A DNA stretch of 64,000 bases from the NCBI GenBank assembly GCA_964472495.1, contig CAYYLD010000002.1, forward strand, positions 27,949-91,948, written 5' to 3'. The notes under the pieces were generated by a model. That model searched no databases, had not been told where the DNA came from, and saw only the letters and a program-made list of their open reading frames with translations. Below, in pieces: positions 18,199-27,357 of this stretch. Both the position numbers and the translations under genes were made by a program. Position 1 is the first letter of the stretch; each line of letters begins with the position of its first letter. Source of the DNA: an uncultured Candidatus Saccharibacteria bacterium (GTDB lineage: Bacteria > Patescibacteriota > Minisyncoccia > Portnoybacterales > UBA2143).

Positions 18199-19533
18199 AT
18201 GCGACAAAAGAATTGTTATATATATAACATATTTAATAGAATCTGTCAATTTTTCTGGCGAGACCTGATAATAGTTTTGATGATTCTTATCCTGCCCCTT
18301 ATCAGCCAGGGCGGTTTAATTGATGACCTTAATGAGCAGATTAGCCAGGCCGAGCAAAAAAGGGCTGAATTGGAAAAGCAGGCCGAAGAATATCAGCAAG
18401 TCATCAATCAAAAGAAGGGAGAGATTAAAACCTTAAATAACCAGATAGCTATTTTCAACGCCCAGATAAACAAACTCCAGATAGAAATTAATATTACCGA
18501 AGATGATGTTGACCAGACCAAATTAGAAATTGTCCAGTTGGAGTATGGCATTGACCAAGCCGAAGAGGATATTCTGGAGCAAAGAGATAATTTAGCCAAA
18601 ATTATTCAGACCATCGCCGAATACGACCAGACCAGTCAAATAGAAATAATTCTGGCCAGCGAAGATTTTTCTGATTTTTTTAATCAAATAGCTTATTTAG
18701 ATAATCTCCAAAACGGCGTTCAGGAGAAAGTAGGACAGTTGAGAAACCTTAAAGAAAGATTAGGGCAGGATAAGGAAAGTAAAGAGGCCAAAAAGGAACA
18801 CTTAGAAACTCTCAAAACTCAATTAACCAATCAGCAGTGGTCTTTAGCCAGCCAGAGAAAGTCCAAAGAAGCTCTTTTGAACTATACCCGCGGCGAAGAA
18901 AGCGAGTATCAGGAAATGCTGGCTCATGTAGAAGCCCAAAAGAAGTCGTTACTAGGCGACCTTAACCGCTTGCGCCAGTTGAAAGCCGAGGAACTGGCTA
19001 GGTTGAAGGAGCTTCAGGAAAAGCCGCCGGCTGAGTATTGGGCATCGCTTGACTGGTATTATCAGCAGGATGACTCCCGTTGGGCTAAAACAACTATTGG
19101 TATCAGCGATTCGGAAATTGAGGATTACGGCTGCGCGGTTACCTCGGTAGCTATGGTTTTAACTTATCACGGATATAGTATTACGCCTGGCCAGTTAGCT
19201 AAAGAATCAATTTACGCTGGCGACTTAATTTACTGGCCGCAAAGATGGGGGAGCGTCAGATGCAATAATTGCCCGCCGCCTCACGCCAGTCCTTTTGACT
19301 GGTTCCGTTTGGACCGCGAATTAGGAGCCGGTTATCCGGTGATTATCTTTGTTAAGGCCAATGGCCGGGGAGGCGGCCATTATGTAGTTGTCCATCATAA
19401 GACGGCTGACGGCCGCTACGTCGTTCAAGACCCGCTTTTCGGAGCCAATATCTATTTGGACTCCACCCGGGTCTATATTTCAAATCTTTACGAAACTACG
19501 ACCAGTTTAGACCAGATGGTTATTTATCATTAA
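18199..19533 (+). CDS. Secreted or membrane-anchored coiled-coil protein with a C-terminal papain-like cysteine peptidase domain (C39/NlpC-like)
   Basis: N-terminal hydrophobic anchor, then a long coiled coil, then DYGCAVTSVAMVL...GGGHYVVVHHK, a Cys/His catalytic pattern. An alternative start is the ATG at 18280. Confidence 0.55.
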   Translation: MRQKNCYIYNIFNRICQFFWRDLIIVLMILILPLISQGGLIDDLNEQISQAEQKRAELEKQAEEYQQVINQKKGEIKTLNNQIAIFNAQINKLQIEINITEDDVDQTKLEIVQLEYGIDQAEEDILEQRDNLAKIIQTIAEYDQTSQIEIILASEDFSDFFNQIAYLDNLQNGVQEKVGQLRNLKERLGQDKESKEAKKEHLETLKTQLTNQQWSLASQRKSKEALLNYTRGEESEYQEMLAHVEAQKKSLLGDLNRLRQLKAEELARLKELQEKPPAEYWASLDWYYQQDDSRWAKTTIGISDSEIEDYGCAVTSVAMVLTYHGYSITPGQLAKESIYAGDLIYWPQRWGSVRCNNCPPPHASPFDWFRLDRELGAGYPVIIFVKANGRGGGHYVVVHHKTADGRYVVQDPLFGANIYLDSTRVYISNLYETTTSLDQMVIYH

Positions 19534-19574
19534 TTAAGGCCTACAAAAGCTTAAGAATATATCTTCCAGCTAAC

Positions 19575-19601
19575 GCGAAAATCCCCAGCGAGGATTTTCG
19601 C
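19575..19601 (+). terminator. Hairpin GCGAAAATCC-N7-GGATTTTCGC followed by a second GC stem and T-run
   Basis: Perfect 10-bp stem seen in the sequence. Confidence 0.4.
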
Positions 19602-19640
19602 TGTAGTGAGCTGCTCGCTCTTTTTGCCTCGCAAAAAACC

Positions 19641-20105
19641 ATGCCCATTCGCAGCTCAATGCCGCTGGAAAATATATTCTTAAGCTTTATCATAATCATG
19701 CGACATCTTATCTTAATTATTTTTATTCTCTTTTTTCCTGGTTTTGCTTTAGCCCAGAATCCGGAAGGATCGGCTAATTTAGAAAAGTTAGATAGATTTT
19801 ATGAACAGATTAATGAAAAAGCCCTCCAGCCGATGAAACAACTAAGCGACAAACTCTCGGAAAGTATGGAGAAAAGCTTAGAAAAAGTTATAGAAAAAAT
19901 TAAACAAAAGAAACATCAGAAACAAGAAGAAATAAAGGAAGAAGTTAAAAGAGAAGTCAAAGAAGGAGCTCGAGAATGGGGCCAGAGCTTGGCCATTTGG
20001 ATTGAAGACCAGCTAGCTCCCCTAAAAATTAAAGTTCAAGAGGGGAGTAGCCTGATTAGAGAAAGAGTTAATCAGATAAAAGACTGGTTAATTGGCTTAT
20101 TTTAA
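19641..20105 (+). CDS. Hypothetical secreted charged/coiled-coil protein
   Basis: A signal-peptide-like segment MRHLILIIFILFFPGFALAQ is present, so the true start is probably the ATG at 19701. The protein is rich in K and E. Confidence 0.45.
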   Translation: MPIRSSMPLENIFLSFIIIMRHLILIIFILFFPGFALAQNPEGSANLEKLDRFYEQINEKALQPMKQLSDKLSESMEKSLEKVIEKIKQKKHQKQEEIKEEVKREVKEGAREWGQSLAIWIEDQLAPLKIKVQEGSSLIRERVNQIKDWLIGLF

Positions 20106-20249
20106 AAGGAAAAATATAGACATATCTTCAGAGGAGAGGGGATTTATCCACATAGACAATTTGACGGCCTGAGAGCCGTATATTAAAATGGATACAATGT
20201 CGCATAATAATCCTTAATACACATTTAATATATTGATTTTGGCTAATCT

Positions 20250-21191
20250 ATGCAAAAAAGCTTAAAACCACTTCCCCAGCATTTAAACGATTTTTTGGAC
20301 TGGTTAGATATTGAAAAAGGTTTATCTAATAAATCTCAGGAAAACTATTCCCGCTTCCTCAAAAAATTTATTGACTGGCTAAAGGAGAATGACCTTGAGG
20401 GCTTGAAGCCCCATCAGCTCTCCCCCACTCATATCTGGAATTATCGGGTCTATCTTTCCCGTCAATCCAAAAAACCATTAAAAAAATCAACTCAAAACTA
20501 TTATTTGATTGCCTTGAGGTCCCTTTTAAACTATTTTGCCAATCGGGATATCTTATCCTTGCCAGCCGAAAAAATTAAATTAGCTAAAGATAAAGATGAT
20601 AAAAAAGTAAGCTTTCTAAGCTTGGAACAATTAGAAAAATTATTTTCAGCCCCGGATGTTTCTAAACGCAATGGTCTCCGCGACCGAGCTATTTTAGAAA
20701 GCTTATTCTCAACTGGTCTTAGAATTGCTGAATTGGTTTCACTTGACCGCGAACAAATTAATCTAAAACCGACGACTAAAGAATTAGAATTAGGCATTGT
20801 CGGTAAAGGTAATCGGCCGCGAACGGTCTATTTTTCCGAAAGAGCTGTCCATTGGCTAAATAGGTATTTAGAAAGCCGCAAAGATAAAGATAAGGCCTTA
20901 TTTATCAATTACCGAAGCAGAAAAAAATCAGAGCGTCGATTAACTGACCGCTCTATCGAAAGAATTATTAAAAGATACGCTCTCTTAGCCGGCCTGCCTA
21001 TCAACACAACTCCTCATACTTTGCGCCATTCCTTTGCTACTGACCTTTTAAGCCAAGGGGTTGACTTACGGATTATTCAGGAATTTTTAGGTCATCGTAA
21101 TATTGCCACTACTCAAGTTTATACTCATGTAACCAATCAACGTCTGCGCGACATCCATCGCCAATTCCATAGTGGCAAAAAATTAAAATGA
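20250..21191 (+). CDS. Tyrosine site-specific recombinase of the XerC/XerD family
   Basis: C-terminal catalytic signature HTLRHSFATDLL...LGHRNIATTQVYTHV (R-H-R-Y) and an N-terminal SAM-like core-binding domain. Confidence 0.85.
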   Translation: MQKSLKPLPQHLNDFLDWLDIEKGLSNKSQENYSRFLKKFIDWLKENDLEGLKPHQLSPTHIWNYRVYLSRQSKKPLKKSTQNYYLIALRSLLNYFANRDILSLPAEKIKLAKDKDDKKVSFLSLEQLEKLFSAPDVSKRNGLRDRAILESLFSTGLRIAELVSLDREQINLKPTTKELELGIVGKGNRPRTVYFSERAVHWLNRYLESRKDKDKALFINYRSRKKSERRLTDRSIERIIKRYALLAGLPINTTPHTLRHSFATDLLSQGVDLRIIQEFLGHRNIATTQVYTHVTNQRLRDIHRQFHSGKKLK

Positions 21192-21284
21192 TGCTAAAAT
21201 ATAGGATTATCCCAATATTTTCATCGTTCGCTCGGAAATAAAAATTTATTTTCATTTCTCTCGCTCACTCGAAAATAAGCCATT

Positions 21285-22433
21285 ATGCGCATCTCTTATT
21301 CGGCCCTGGACACTTTTTCCACTTGTCCGGCCAAGTATAAATATCAATACATTGATAAAATAGCTGTTCTTAAATCAAAAGAGTTGGTTTTCGGCACTTT
21401 GATTCATGAATGCATGCACATGTTCCACGAACCGACACGGTCAACGCCTGTTTCCGAAGATGAACTGCTCAAGTATTTCGCTGAAAAATGGGATGCTAGT
21501 GTTTACCAAAACGACCAGGAAGAATCTTTTGCCTTTCACCAAGGTGTTGCCCTGTTAAAGAAATACTATTTGCAAAATCAAGGAGCCGATTTTAATATCG
21601 TCGACTTGGAAACGCCCTTTGAGGTTCCCTTTTTAGAAAACAAGGAACTTCACCAAATTACCGGCCGGATTGACCGGATTGACAAACTGGCTGACGGCAC
21701 CTTTGAATTGATTGATTATAAAACGTCTAGGAAGATGCCTTCTCAGGAGAATGTTGATAGAAACTTCCAGCTTTCGGTCTATTATCTGGGTATTACCAAC
21801 CGCTGGCCCTCGCTCCAAAAAGAAAACAGACCGGTCAAATTATCTCTCTATTATCTCATTCATGGTGAAAAACTTTCCACTCTCCGGACTAATCAGCAAG
21901 CTCAAGAAAGCAAAGAAAAGATTTTATCTCTAATTAGTCAAATCAAAGAAAGTGATTTTCAGCCGCGGGCTAATCCGCTTTGTTCTTGGTGTCAGTATCA
22001 ACCTTATTGCCCTCTCTACAAACATAAATTTATCCAAGAACAATCCCCTGCTCCTGATGACCAGAAAATAAAAGAAGTTATTGATGAGTATTTCCAAATT
22101 AAAGATAAACAAAGTCAGGATAATCAAAGACTGAACAAATTAAAAGAAATGATTAATCAGTATCTTAACCAGAAAGGGTTGGAACGGCTCTTTGGCCGAA
22201 ACGGCCAGATTACTCGCTTGCCCCAGAAAAGATTTAGCTATAACTTTAATAAAGTGAAAGAAGTTCTGGAACCGATGGGTAAATGGAACCAGATTTTAAC
22301 CATTGACCCAGCCAAATTTAAAAAGATAATTGATTCCCTGCCTTACCAGGCCAAAAAGCAAATTGACCAAGCCAAAACCTTGGAAAGAGAATTTAAGGTC
22401 ATTTCAGCCAGCAAGAAATCGCTCGGAAAGTAA
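21285..22433 (+). CDS. PD-(D/E)XK nuclease superfamily protein, Cas4/RecB-like with a Cys cluster
   Basis: ELIDYKTS motif plus an N-terminal C and C-terminal CSWCQYQPYC, the four-Cys Fe-S pattern of Cas4/AddB-type nucleases. No cas genes or CRISPR array are nearby. Confidence 0.55.
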   Translation: MRISYSALDTFSTCPAKYKYQYIDKIAVLKSKELVFGTLIHECMHMFHEPTRSTPVSEDELLKYFAEKWDASVYQNDQEESFAFHQGVALLKKYYLQNQGADFNIVDLETPFEVPFLENKELHQITGRIDRIDKLADGTFELIDYKTSRKMPSQENVDRNFQLSVYYLGITNRWPSLQKENRPVKLSLYYLIHGEKLSTLRTNQQAQESKEKILSLISQIKESDFQPRANPLCSWCQYQPYCPLYKHKFIQEQSPAPDDQKIKEVIDEYFQIKDKQSQDNQRLNKLKEMINQYLNQKGLERLFGRNGQITRLPQKRFSYNFNKVKEVLEPMGKWNQILTIDPAKFKKIIDSLPYQAKKQIDQAKTLEREFKVISASKKSLGK

Positions 22434-22560
22434 TTTCAGGAGACGCAAATTTTTCTCCAGCGGAAAAATTTGCTCAGTACTCGACAAAATTTCGCCGGAG
22501 GCGAACCAAGCAATTTTGTCTCCGTATGCTCCTGAAAATTACATTTCCTCGCTCCTGTTT

Positions 22561-22959
22561 TTAAGGTCTATAACCTGCCGGAGTATATTTATCAAAATAA
22601 CCGCAGGGGGCATAGCCAGCCGCTTGGGCTTCCGCCTCGGAAGAAAACCAAATTTGGTTTTGGGGAGAGATTTTTTTGGCCGATGGACATTCCGGCCAGT
22701 GATATTTATTGCTGTTAACACTGCCGACGAATTTCCCCTGCTCTGTTTCTTCCTGTTCTGTTTCTCCCGCTAGCCGACTGGTTTCCAAGGATTGTTCAAT
22801 TGAAGCGGTCGGTCCTTGAATAACTATCGGCTCCTGACCAATTTGATGAGCAGTCAGACGACCGGCTCCAAAGCTGATTAAGGTGACTAAAACAATACCG
22901 ATAGTCAGGGTTATATCAGATTGATGCTCCTTGACGAAGTTTTTAAAATTGGTTAACAT
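22561..22959 (-). CDS. Hypothetical membrane-anchored protein
   Basis: N-terminal TM (ITLTIGIVLVTLISFGAG) and a C-terminal H/C-containing motif (YHWPECPS...GYAPCGYF). The ATG at 22959 is preferred over the TTG at 22977. Confidence 0.4.
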   Translation of the reverse strand: MLTNFKNFVKEHQSDITLTIGIVLVTLISFGAGRLTAHQIGQEPIVIQGPTASIEQSLETSRLAGETEQEETEQGKFVGSVNSNKYHWPECPSAKKISPQNQIWFSSEAEAQAAGYAPCGYFDKYTPAGYRP

Positions 22960-23017
22960 TATTTCATAAGGGTTCAACTCTCAAGTTAACCTGATGGCTG
23001 AACTCTACAAACGAATC

Positions 23018-23293
23018 ATGTCTAAAACTAAATCGGCCGGTTCAACATCGCTCGGCCGAGATTCTCAACCAAAATATTTAGGAGTCAAATTATTCGGCGG
23101 CCAGTCAGCCCAGCCGGGCAGTATTATTGTCCGCCAAAGAGGCAGTAAATTTAGAGCTGGTAAAAACGTCCGCCGCGGTAACGATGATACCCTTTACGCT
23201 ATCGCTAAAGGGGCGGTTAAATTTATCACTAAGAAAGTTAAGCGCTTTGACGGTTCCCGTCGAGTGGTCAAGGTGGTTAATGTAGAACCTTAA
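23018..23293 (+). CDS. rpmA: 50S ribosomal protein L27
   Basis: [29 protein letters not shown]...[18 protein letters not shown] matches the L27 consensus. The ORF-track start at 22994 adds a spurious 8 aa. Confidence 0.85.
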   Translation: MSKTKSAGSTSLGRDSQPKYLGVKLFGGQSAQPGSIIVRQRGSKFRAGKNVRRGNDDTLYAIAKGAVKFITKKVKRFDGSRRVVKVVNVEP

Positions 23294-23323
23294 TTTTTAA
23301 AAAATTTTTGAGAGGAGGCAGAA

Positions 23324-23680
23324 ATGGAGGGAGGGATTTTTATCACGGACAGAGTAAACGGTAAACTCTTCGCCGACAGAATTGTTATAAAAAGTGACGG
23401 CCGGGTAAGAAAAATAAAACTCAAGGAGTGGATAGAAGGAAAGATAGAAGTCCTCGCTAAATCTGACACATTTGACAAGCTTGTCTGCGTGGTCGTTGAA
23501 AATAAGTCTCTGAAAATTGCTTTCCGTTTAAAGGATATTAGACCGGGATTGGAAAGAAAGACAACCGGCCAGGACTTTTATTCCGGCAAATTTGTTCCTT
23601 GGGTATGTGCTCTTATTAGTTTTGGCCAAGAAACATCTCTTAAAGAAAAAATGGAAAAAGCGATTGCCGGGATTGATTAA
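23324..23680 (+). CDS. Hypothetical protein, 118 aa
   Basis: Strong RBS: GAGAGGAGGCAGAAATG. Confidence 0.45.
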   Translation: MEGGIFITDRVNGKLFADRIVIKSDGRVRKIKLKEWIEGKIEVLAKSDTFDKLVCVVVENKSLKIAFRLKDIRPGLERKTTGQDFYSGKFVPWVCALISFGQETSLKEKMEKAIAGID

Positions 23681-23706
23681 ATCCTAAACTGATTAAATCA
23701 CGAAGA

Positions 23707-23740
23707 AGAGATCTCTTATCAGAGACCTCTTTTTTATTTC
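23707..23740. terminator. Bidirectional terminator hairpin between the convergent 23324 gene and pyrG
   Basis: GAGATCTCT...AGAGACCTC stem with a T-run on the plus side. The stem is perfect with G-U on the minus transcript. Confidence 0.4.
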
Positions 23741-25356
23741 ATTCCTGCCTTAACAAACTCTCTAAATAGAGGGTGAGGCCGTAAGGGCCGCGATTTGAAC
23801 TCCGGATGAAATTGGGTAGCCACAAAAAACGGATGGTTTTTAAACTCAATTATCTCTACTAAATTCTTTTCCGGATTAATGCCAGCCATAATCATCCCCT
23901 TCTCCTCTAAAATATCTCTAAAATCATTATTCAATTCATAGCGATGACGATGTCGTTCCAGAACCTCCTGGCGTCTATAGGCCTGACGGGCTCGGCTGTT
24001 TTTGATCAGCCGACATCGATAAGTCCCTAAACGCATTGAACCGCCGTAACGCTTATCCTGAAGATTAATTTTTTGTTCCGGCATTATATCAATAACCGGA
24101 TATTTTGTCGTTGGATTGATTTCGGTGGTATGGGCCCCTTTTAGCCGACAAACATTTCGAGCAAACTCAACCACGGCTAATTGCATCCCATAACAAAGTC
24201 CCAGATAAGGGATTTTATTCTTCCGGCAAAATTCAATCGTTTTAATCTTACCTTCGGTCCCCCGTTCTCCATAGCCACCCGGGACAATTACCCCATCAAG
24301 TTTTTTTAACTCTTTAATTTTTTGCGGCGACCTTTCATATTCTTCTGAGTTCAGCCAGTGAATTCTTGCTTTCCTTTGATGATGCCAAGCGGCGTGTTTA
24401 ACCGCCTCAATCACCGAAATATAAGAATCAGAGAGAATAAAATTCCCCGTACTAAAATATTTACCAACAATACCGATATTAACCTGTTTGTTGGCGTTTT
24501 TAATGGTCTTAACTAAATTTTGCCAATTTCCTAAATTTTTTTTTCTTGATTTTAAGCCGAATTGGCTCAAGATTTTCTGGCCGATTTTGTCTTTCTCGAA
24601 ATTTATTGGTACCTCATAAATGATTTGGATATCCGGAGCGGAAATAACGTGGGACTGTTCCAGATTACAAAAAATAGAGATTTTCCTTTTTCTTGGTTCG
24701 TCCAGCGGATATTCCGAGCGAGCAATAATAAAATCAGGCTGAATACCGGCCGAATTGAGGGTCCGGACGGCTGATTGAGTCGGCTTGGTCTTCATTTCCC
24801 CAATCTTTTTTGGCACAGGCAGATAACTGACTAAAATAAAAAGAACATCCTGGGGATGTTCTAAATGAAGCATTCTGGCCGCCTCCAGAAACAAAACATT
24901 TTGATATTCGCCAACCGTGCCGCCGATTTCGATGAGGACAAAATCAGCTTGTTCCTTCTTGGCTACCCGGCTAATCCGCCTAATCACTTCTTCGGGGATA
25001 TGAGGAACCACCTCCACACATTTCCCCTCATAGCCTAGATTCCGTTCTCTTTGAATAACCGTCTCGTAAACTCGGCCAGTGGTTATATAATTATCAGTGT
25101 ATAAATCCTGGTTTAAAAATCTTTCGTAGTTGCCAATGTCTTGGTCTGTTTCGATGCCGTCCTCGGTAACAAAGACCTCGCCATGTTCAATCGGATTCAT
25201 TGTTCCGGCATCAACATTGATGTAGGGATCAATTTTGATGGCCGCTACCTGATACCCTTTACTTTGGAGAATTCTGCCGATAGAAGCCGTGGCAATTCCC
25301 TTGCCGATGCCTGACATTACCCCTCCCATCACAAAAATGTATCTTGTCTTCGGCAT
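23734..25356 (-). CDS. pyrG: CTP synthase
   Basis: N-terminal MPKTRYIFVMGGVMSGIGKGIATASIGRIL. A C-terminal glutamine amidotransferase domain is present. Confidence 0.95.
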   Translation of the reverse strand: MPKTRYIFVMGGVMSGIGKGIATASIGRILQSKGYQVAAIKIDPYINVDAGTMNPIEHGEVFVTEDGIETDQDIGNYERFLNQDLYTDNYITTGRVYETVIQRERNLGYEGKCVEVVPHIPEEVIRRISRVAKKEQADFVLIEIGGTVGEYQNVLFLEAARMLHLEHPQDVLFILVSYLPVPKKIGEMKTKPTQSAVRTLNSAGIQPDFIIARSEYPLDEPRKRKISIFCNLEQSHVISAPDIQIIYEVPINFEKDKIGQKILSQFGLKSRKKNLGNWQNLVKTIKNANKQVNIGIVGKYFSTGNFILSDSYISVIEAVKHAAWHHQRKARIHWLNSEEYERSPQKIKELKKLDGVIVPGGYGERGTEGKIKTIEFCRKNKIPYLGLCYGMQLAVVEFARNVCRLKGAHTTEINPTTKYPVIDIMPEQKINLQDKRYGGSMRLGTYRCRLIKNSRARQAYRRQEVLERHRHRYELNNDFRDILEEKGMIMAGINPEKNLVEIIEFKNHPFFVATQFHPEFKSRPLRPHPLFREFVKAGMK

Positions 25357-25358
25357 AG

Positions 25359-25823
25359 CTATTTTAAAGACTTATCTTTGTCCTCTTCTATGACAATAAT
25401 TTTTATCTTAGTTTCTAAATTGTGAGGAAATTCAATAGTTGCCCCATATTCGCCTATTTCCTTGATTGGCTCATCTAATTTAATCTGTTCTTTTTTTATC
25501 TCAAATCCCTGCTCTTTAATCTTTTCGGCGATTTGACTAGTGGTGACCGCCCCGAAAAGTTTACCTTCTTCAGCTACTTTGGCGGTTATTTCTAATTCCA
25601 AACCATCTATTTGACTGGCTATTTCTTGATACATCTTTAATTCTTCCTCGGCTTTTTCGGCTCCAATTTTCTTTTCTTCCTCTAATTTAACCAGTTCTGA
25701 TTTAGTCGCCAAAACAGCCAATTTATTGGGAATTAAATAATTACGGCCGTAACCATCAGCCACTTTTTTAACTTCACCTTTTCGGCCTAATTTTTCTACA
25801 TCTTTAAGAAGGATTACTTTCAT
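25359..25823 (-). CDS. rplI: 50S ribosomal protein L9
   Basis: MKVILLKDVEKLGRKGEVKKVADGYGRNYLIPNKLA. Confidence 0.85.
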   Translation of the reverse strand: MKVILLKDVEKLGRKGEVKKVADGYGRNYLIPNKLAVLATKSELVKLEEEKKIGAEKAEEELKMYQEIASQIDGLELEITAKVAEEGKLFGAVTTSQIAEKIKEQGFEIKKEQIKLDEPIKEIGEYGATIEFPHNLETKIKIIVIEEDKDKSLK

Positions 25824-25833
25824 AATTATTTTT

Positions 25834-26109
25834 TTAATATTTTATCTCAAAATTATTAAACCGACCAGTCGCCTCCTGCCACTGAATATCTATTTTATCC
25901 ACTTTGGCTATGATAGGTCCATTATAACACCATTTGATTAATTTTTCCAAATCTTCTTGTTCCCCTTCGGCGACTACCTTGACCGTCCCATCTTCTTGAT
26001 TGCTGACCCAGCCGATTAGGCCTAACTTCTTGGCCCGCCGCCGGGTGGAGTCCCGAAAAAAGACTCCCTGCACCCGCCCGTGGATTATAAGTATTACTCG
26101 TTCTTTCAT
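25834..26109 (-). CDS. acyP: Acylphosphatase
   Basis: GRVQGVFFR...GWVSNQEDGTVKVVAEG signature. Confidence 0.8.
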   Translation of the reverse strand: MKERVILIIHGRVQGVFFRDSTRRRAKKLGLIGWVSNQEDGTVKVVAEGEQEDLEKLIKWCYNGPIIAKVDKIDIQWQEATGRFNNFEIKY

Positions 26110-26110
26110 A

Positions 26111-27322
26111 TTAATTTTGTGAGGTCAAAGACAACAGATAGTCCCTGTTTTTAAAGAATTGGCTGGCCTGTTTCTGAATCAATTTTTCTGATTCTTTTTG
26201 ATTCTTAAGATGATTTTCTTTAATGGCCGAAGCCATCCGGCCGAAATAAAGAGAACGTAATAGTTTGATAGTTAAATCTTTTTCAGGTTTAACCCGATAA
26301 AGATAGAACAACTGATAGACTATTTTTGACCAGAAATCAGGACTTATCTCTAAAGATTTCTCTTTGAGAAACATCATCTCCAGAGGGCCCCTAATTTCCG
26401 AAGGCAGATATTTCTTAAGTTTTCCATAATAATTGGGAAAATCAGCCAGGGCTGTTTCTTCAATTTCTTTATAATCAATCGGCGGCAATTTTTGAAAACT
26501 AATCTTACCGCCGACTCGACAAACTAAAGGCGGTTTTTTCAAGCTTATTTCTTTCCGCCACAAATCTTTATAATTGTCTAAAAAACTAAAAAAGGTTTCA
26601 GCTACCTCCAAAAACATATTATCTAATTTAAGCAAACTGGGGTTATGAATTTTTGAACCCAAACCAACCTGTCCCAATTTAAAACCATCCTTAACTGCCT
26701 GGCTGGTCATAAAAATATCAATCCCATAACCCTTGGCTGTTGGCGGCCACTCCTGACTGAGCCAATAATTAATCATCTTTGAAGAAAAACTCATATCACC
26801 GCCGATTGGCTGACGGATATTATATCCCAAAAGTCCGTAAATTAATGGGTAAACCAAATGATTGGTAATTGAACCATCATATTTATGGCGATGATAAATC
26901 GGCGTGATAAAATCGTAGCCCTGACCAATTGGTTCTAAGAAGCACTTAATCCATTTGGCCTTGATACTTTTAATATCAGCGTCAACGGTCATCGCTCCTT
27001 CGGCGCCTAAATCTTTAACCTTTATAAATAAATTTTTAAGATTATTTCCCTTGCCTCGCTGACCGCTGGGGGTGGAAATATAGATTTTCGGATTTTTTGT
27101 TTTGGTGGCTAAAAAAACTCTACCGGTATTATCGGGAGAGTCATTATCACTATTGATGATAACCGCCTTTTGACGGTCAAAATATTTAGTCAATCCCTGA
27201 TCAACCTTCTTAGTGACTAAAGCAATATTGTCGGCTTCATTAAGCGAAGGGATACCGACAACAATTTCAGCTTTTTTTATTTTATCCGGATTATCTTCTA
27301 TCATTTTGAGACGACACTCCAA
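26111..27322 (-). CDS. Glycosyltransferase (GT2/GT81-like)
   Basis: N-terminal nucleotide-sugar binding region (IVVGIPSLNEADNIA...INSDNDSPDNTG). Confidence 0.5.
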   Translation of the reverse strand: MECRLKMIEDNPDKIKKAEIVVGIPSLNEADNIALVTKKVDQGLTKYFDRQKAVIINSDNDSPDNTGRVFLATKTKNPKIYISTPSGQRGKGNNLKNLFIKVKDLGAEGAMTVDADIKSIKAKWIKCFLEPIGQGYDFITPIYHRHKYDGSITNHLVYPLIYGLLGYNIRQPIGGDMSFSSKMINYWLSQEWPPTAKGYGIDIFMTSQAVKDGFKLGQVGLGSKIHNPSLLKLDNMFLEVAETFFSFLDNYKDLWRKEISLKKPPLVCRVGGKISFQKLPPIDYKEIEETALADFPNYYGKLKKYLPSEIRGPLEMMFLKEKSLEISPDFWSKIVYQLFYLYRVKPEKDLTIKLLRSLYFGRMASAIKENHLKNQKESEKLIQKQASQFFKNRDYLLSLTSQN

Positions 27323-27357
27323 TCTTATATATCAAAAACCAGACCTGACCTAAAAGA

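Noticed and set aside
21192-21284. Two imperfect ~25-nt direct repeats (TTTCAT..TTCGCTC..GAAATAA) upstream of the nuclease gene
   Set aside because: They are short, AT-rich and imperfect. They could be promoter elements, but there is no supporting second locus.
22330-22773. 147-aa plus-strand ORF
   Set aside because: It overlaps the better-supported minus-strand membrane protein, has low-complexity translation and no RBS.
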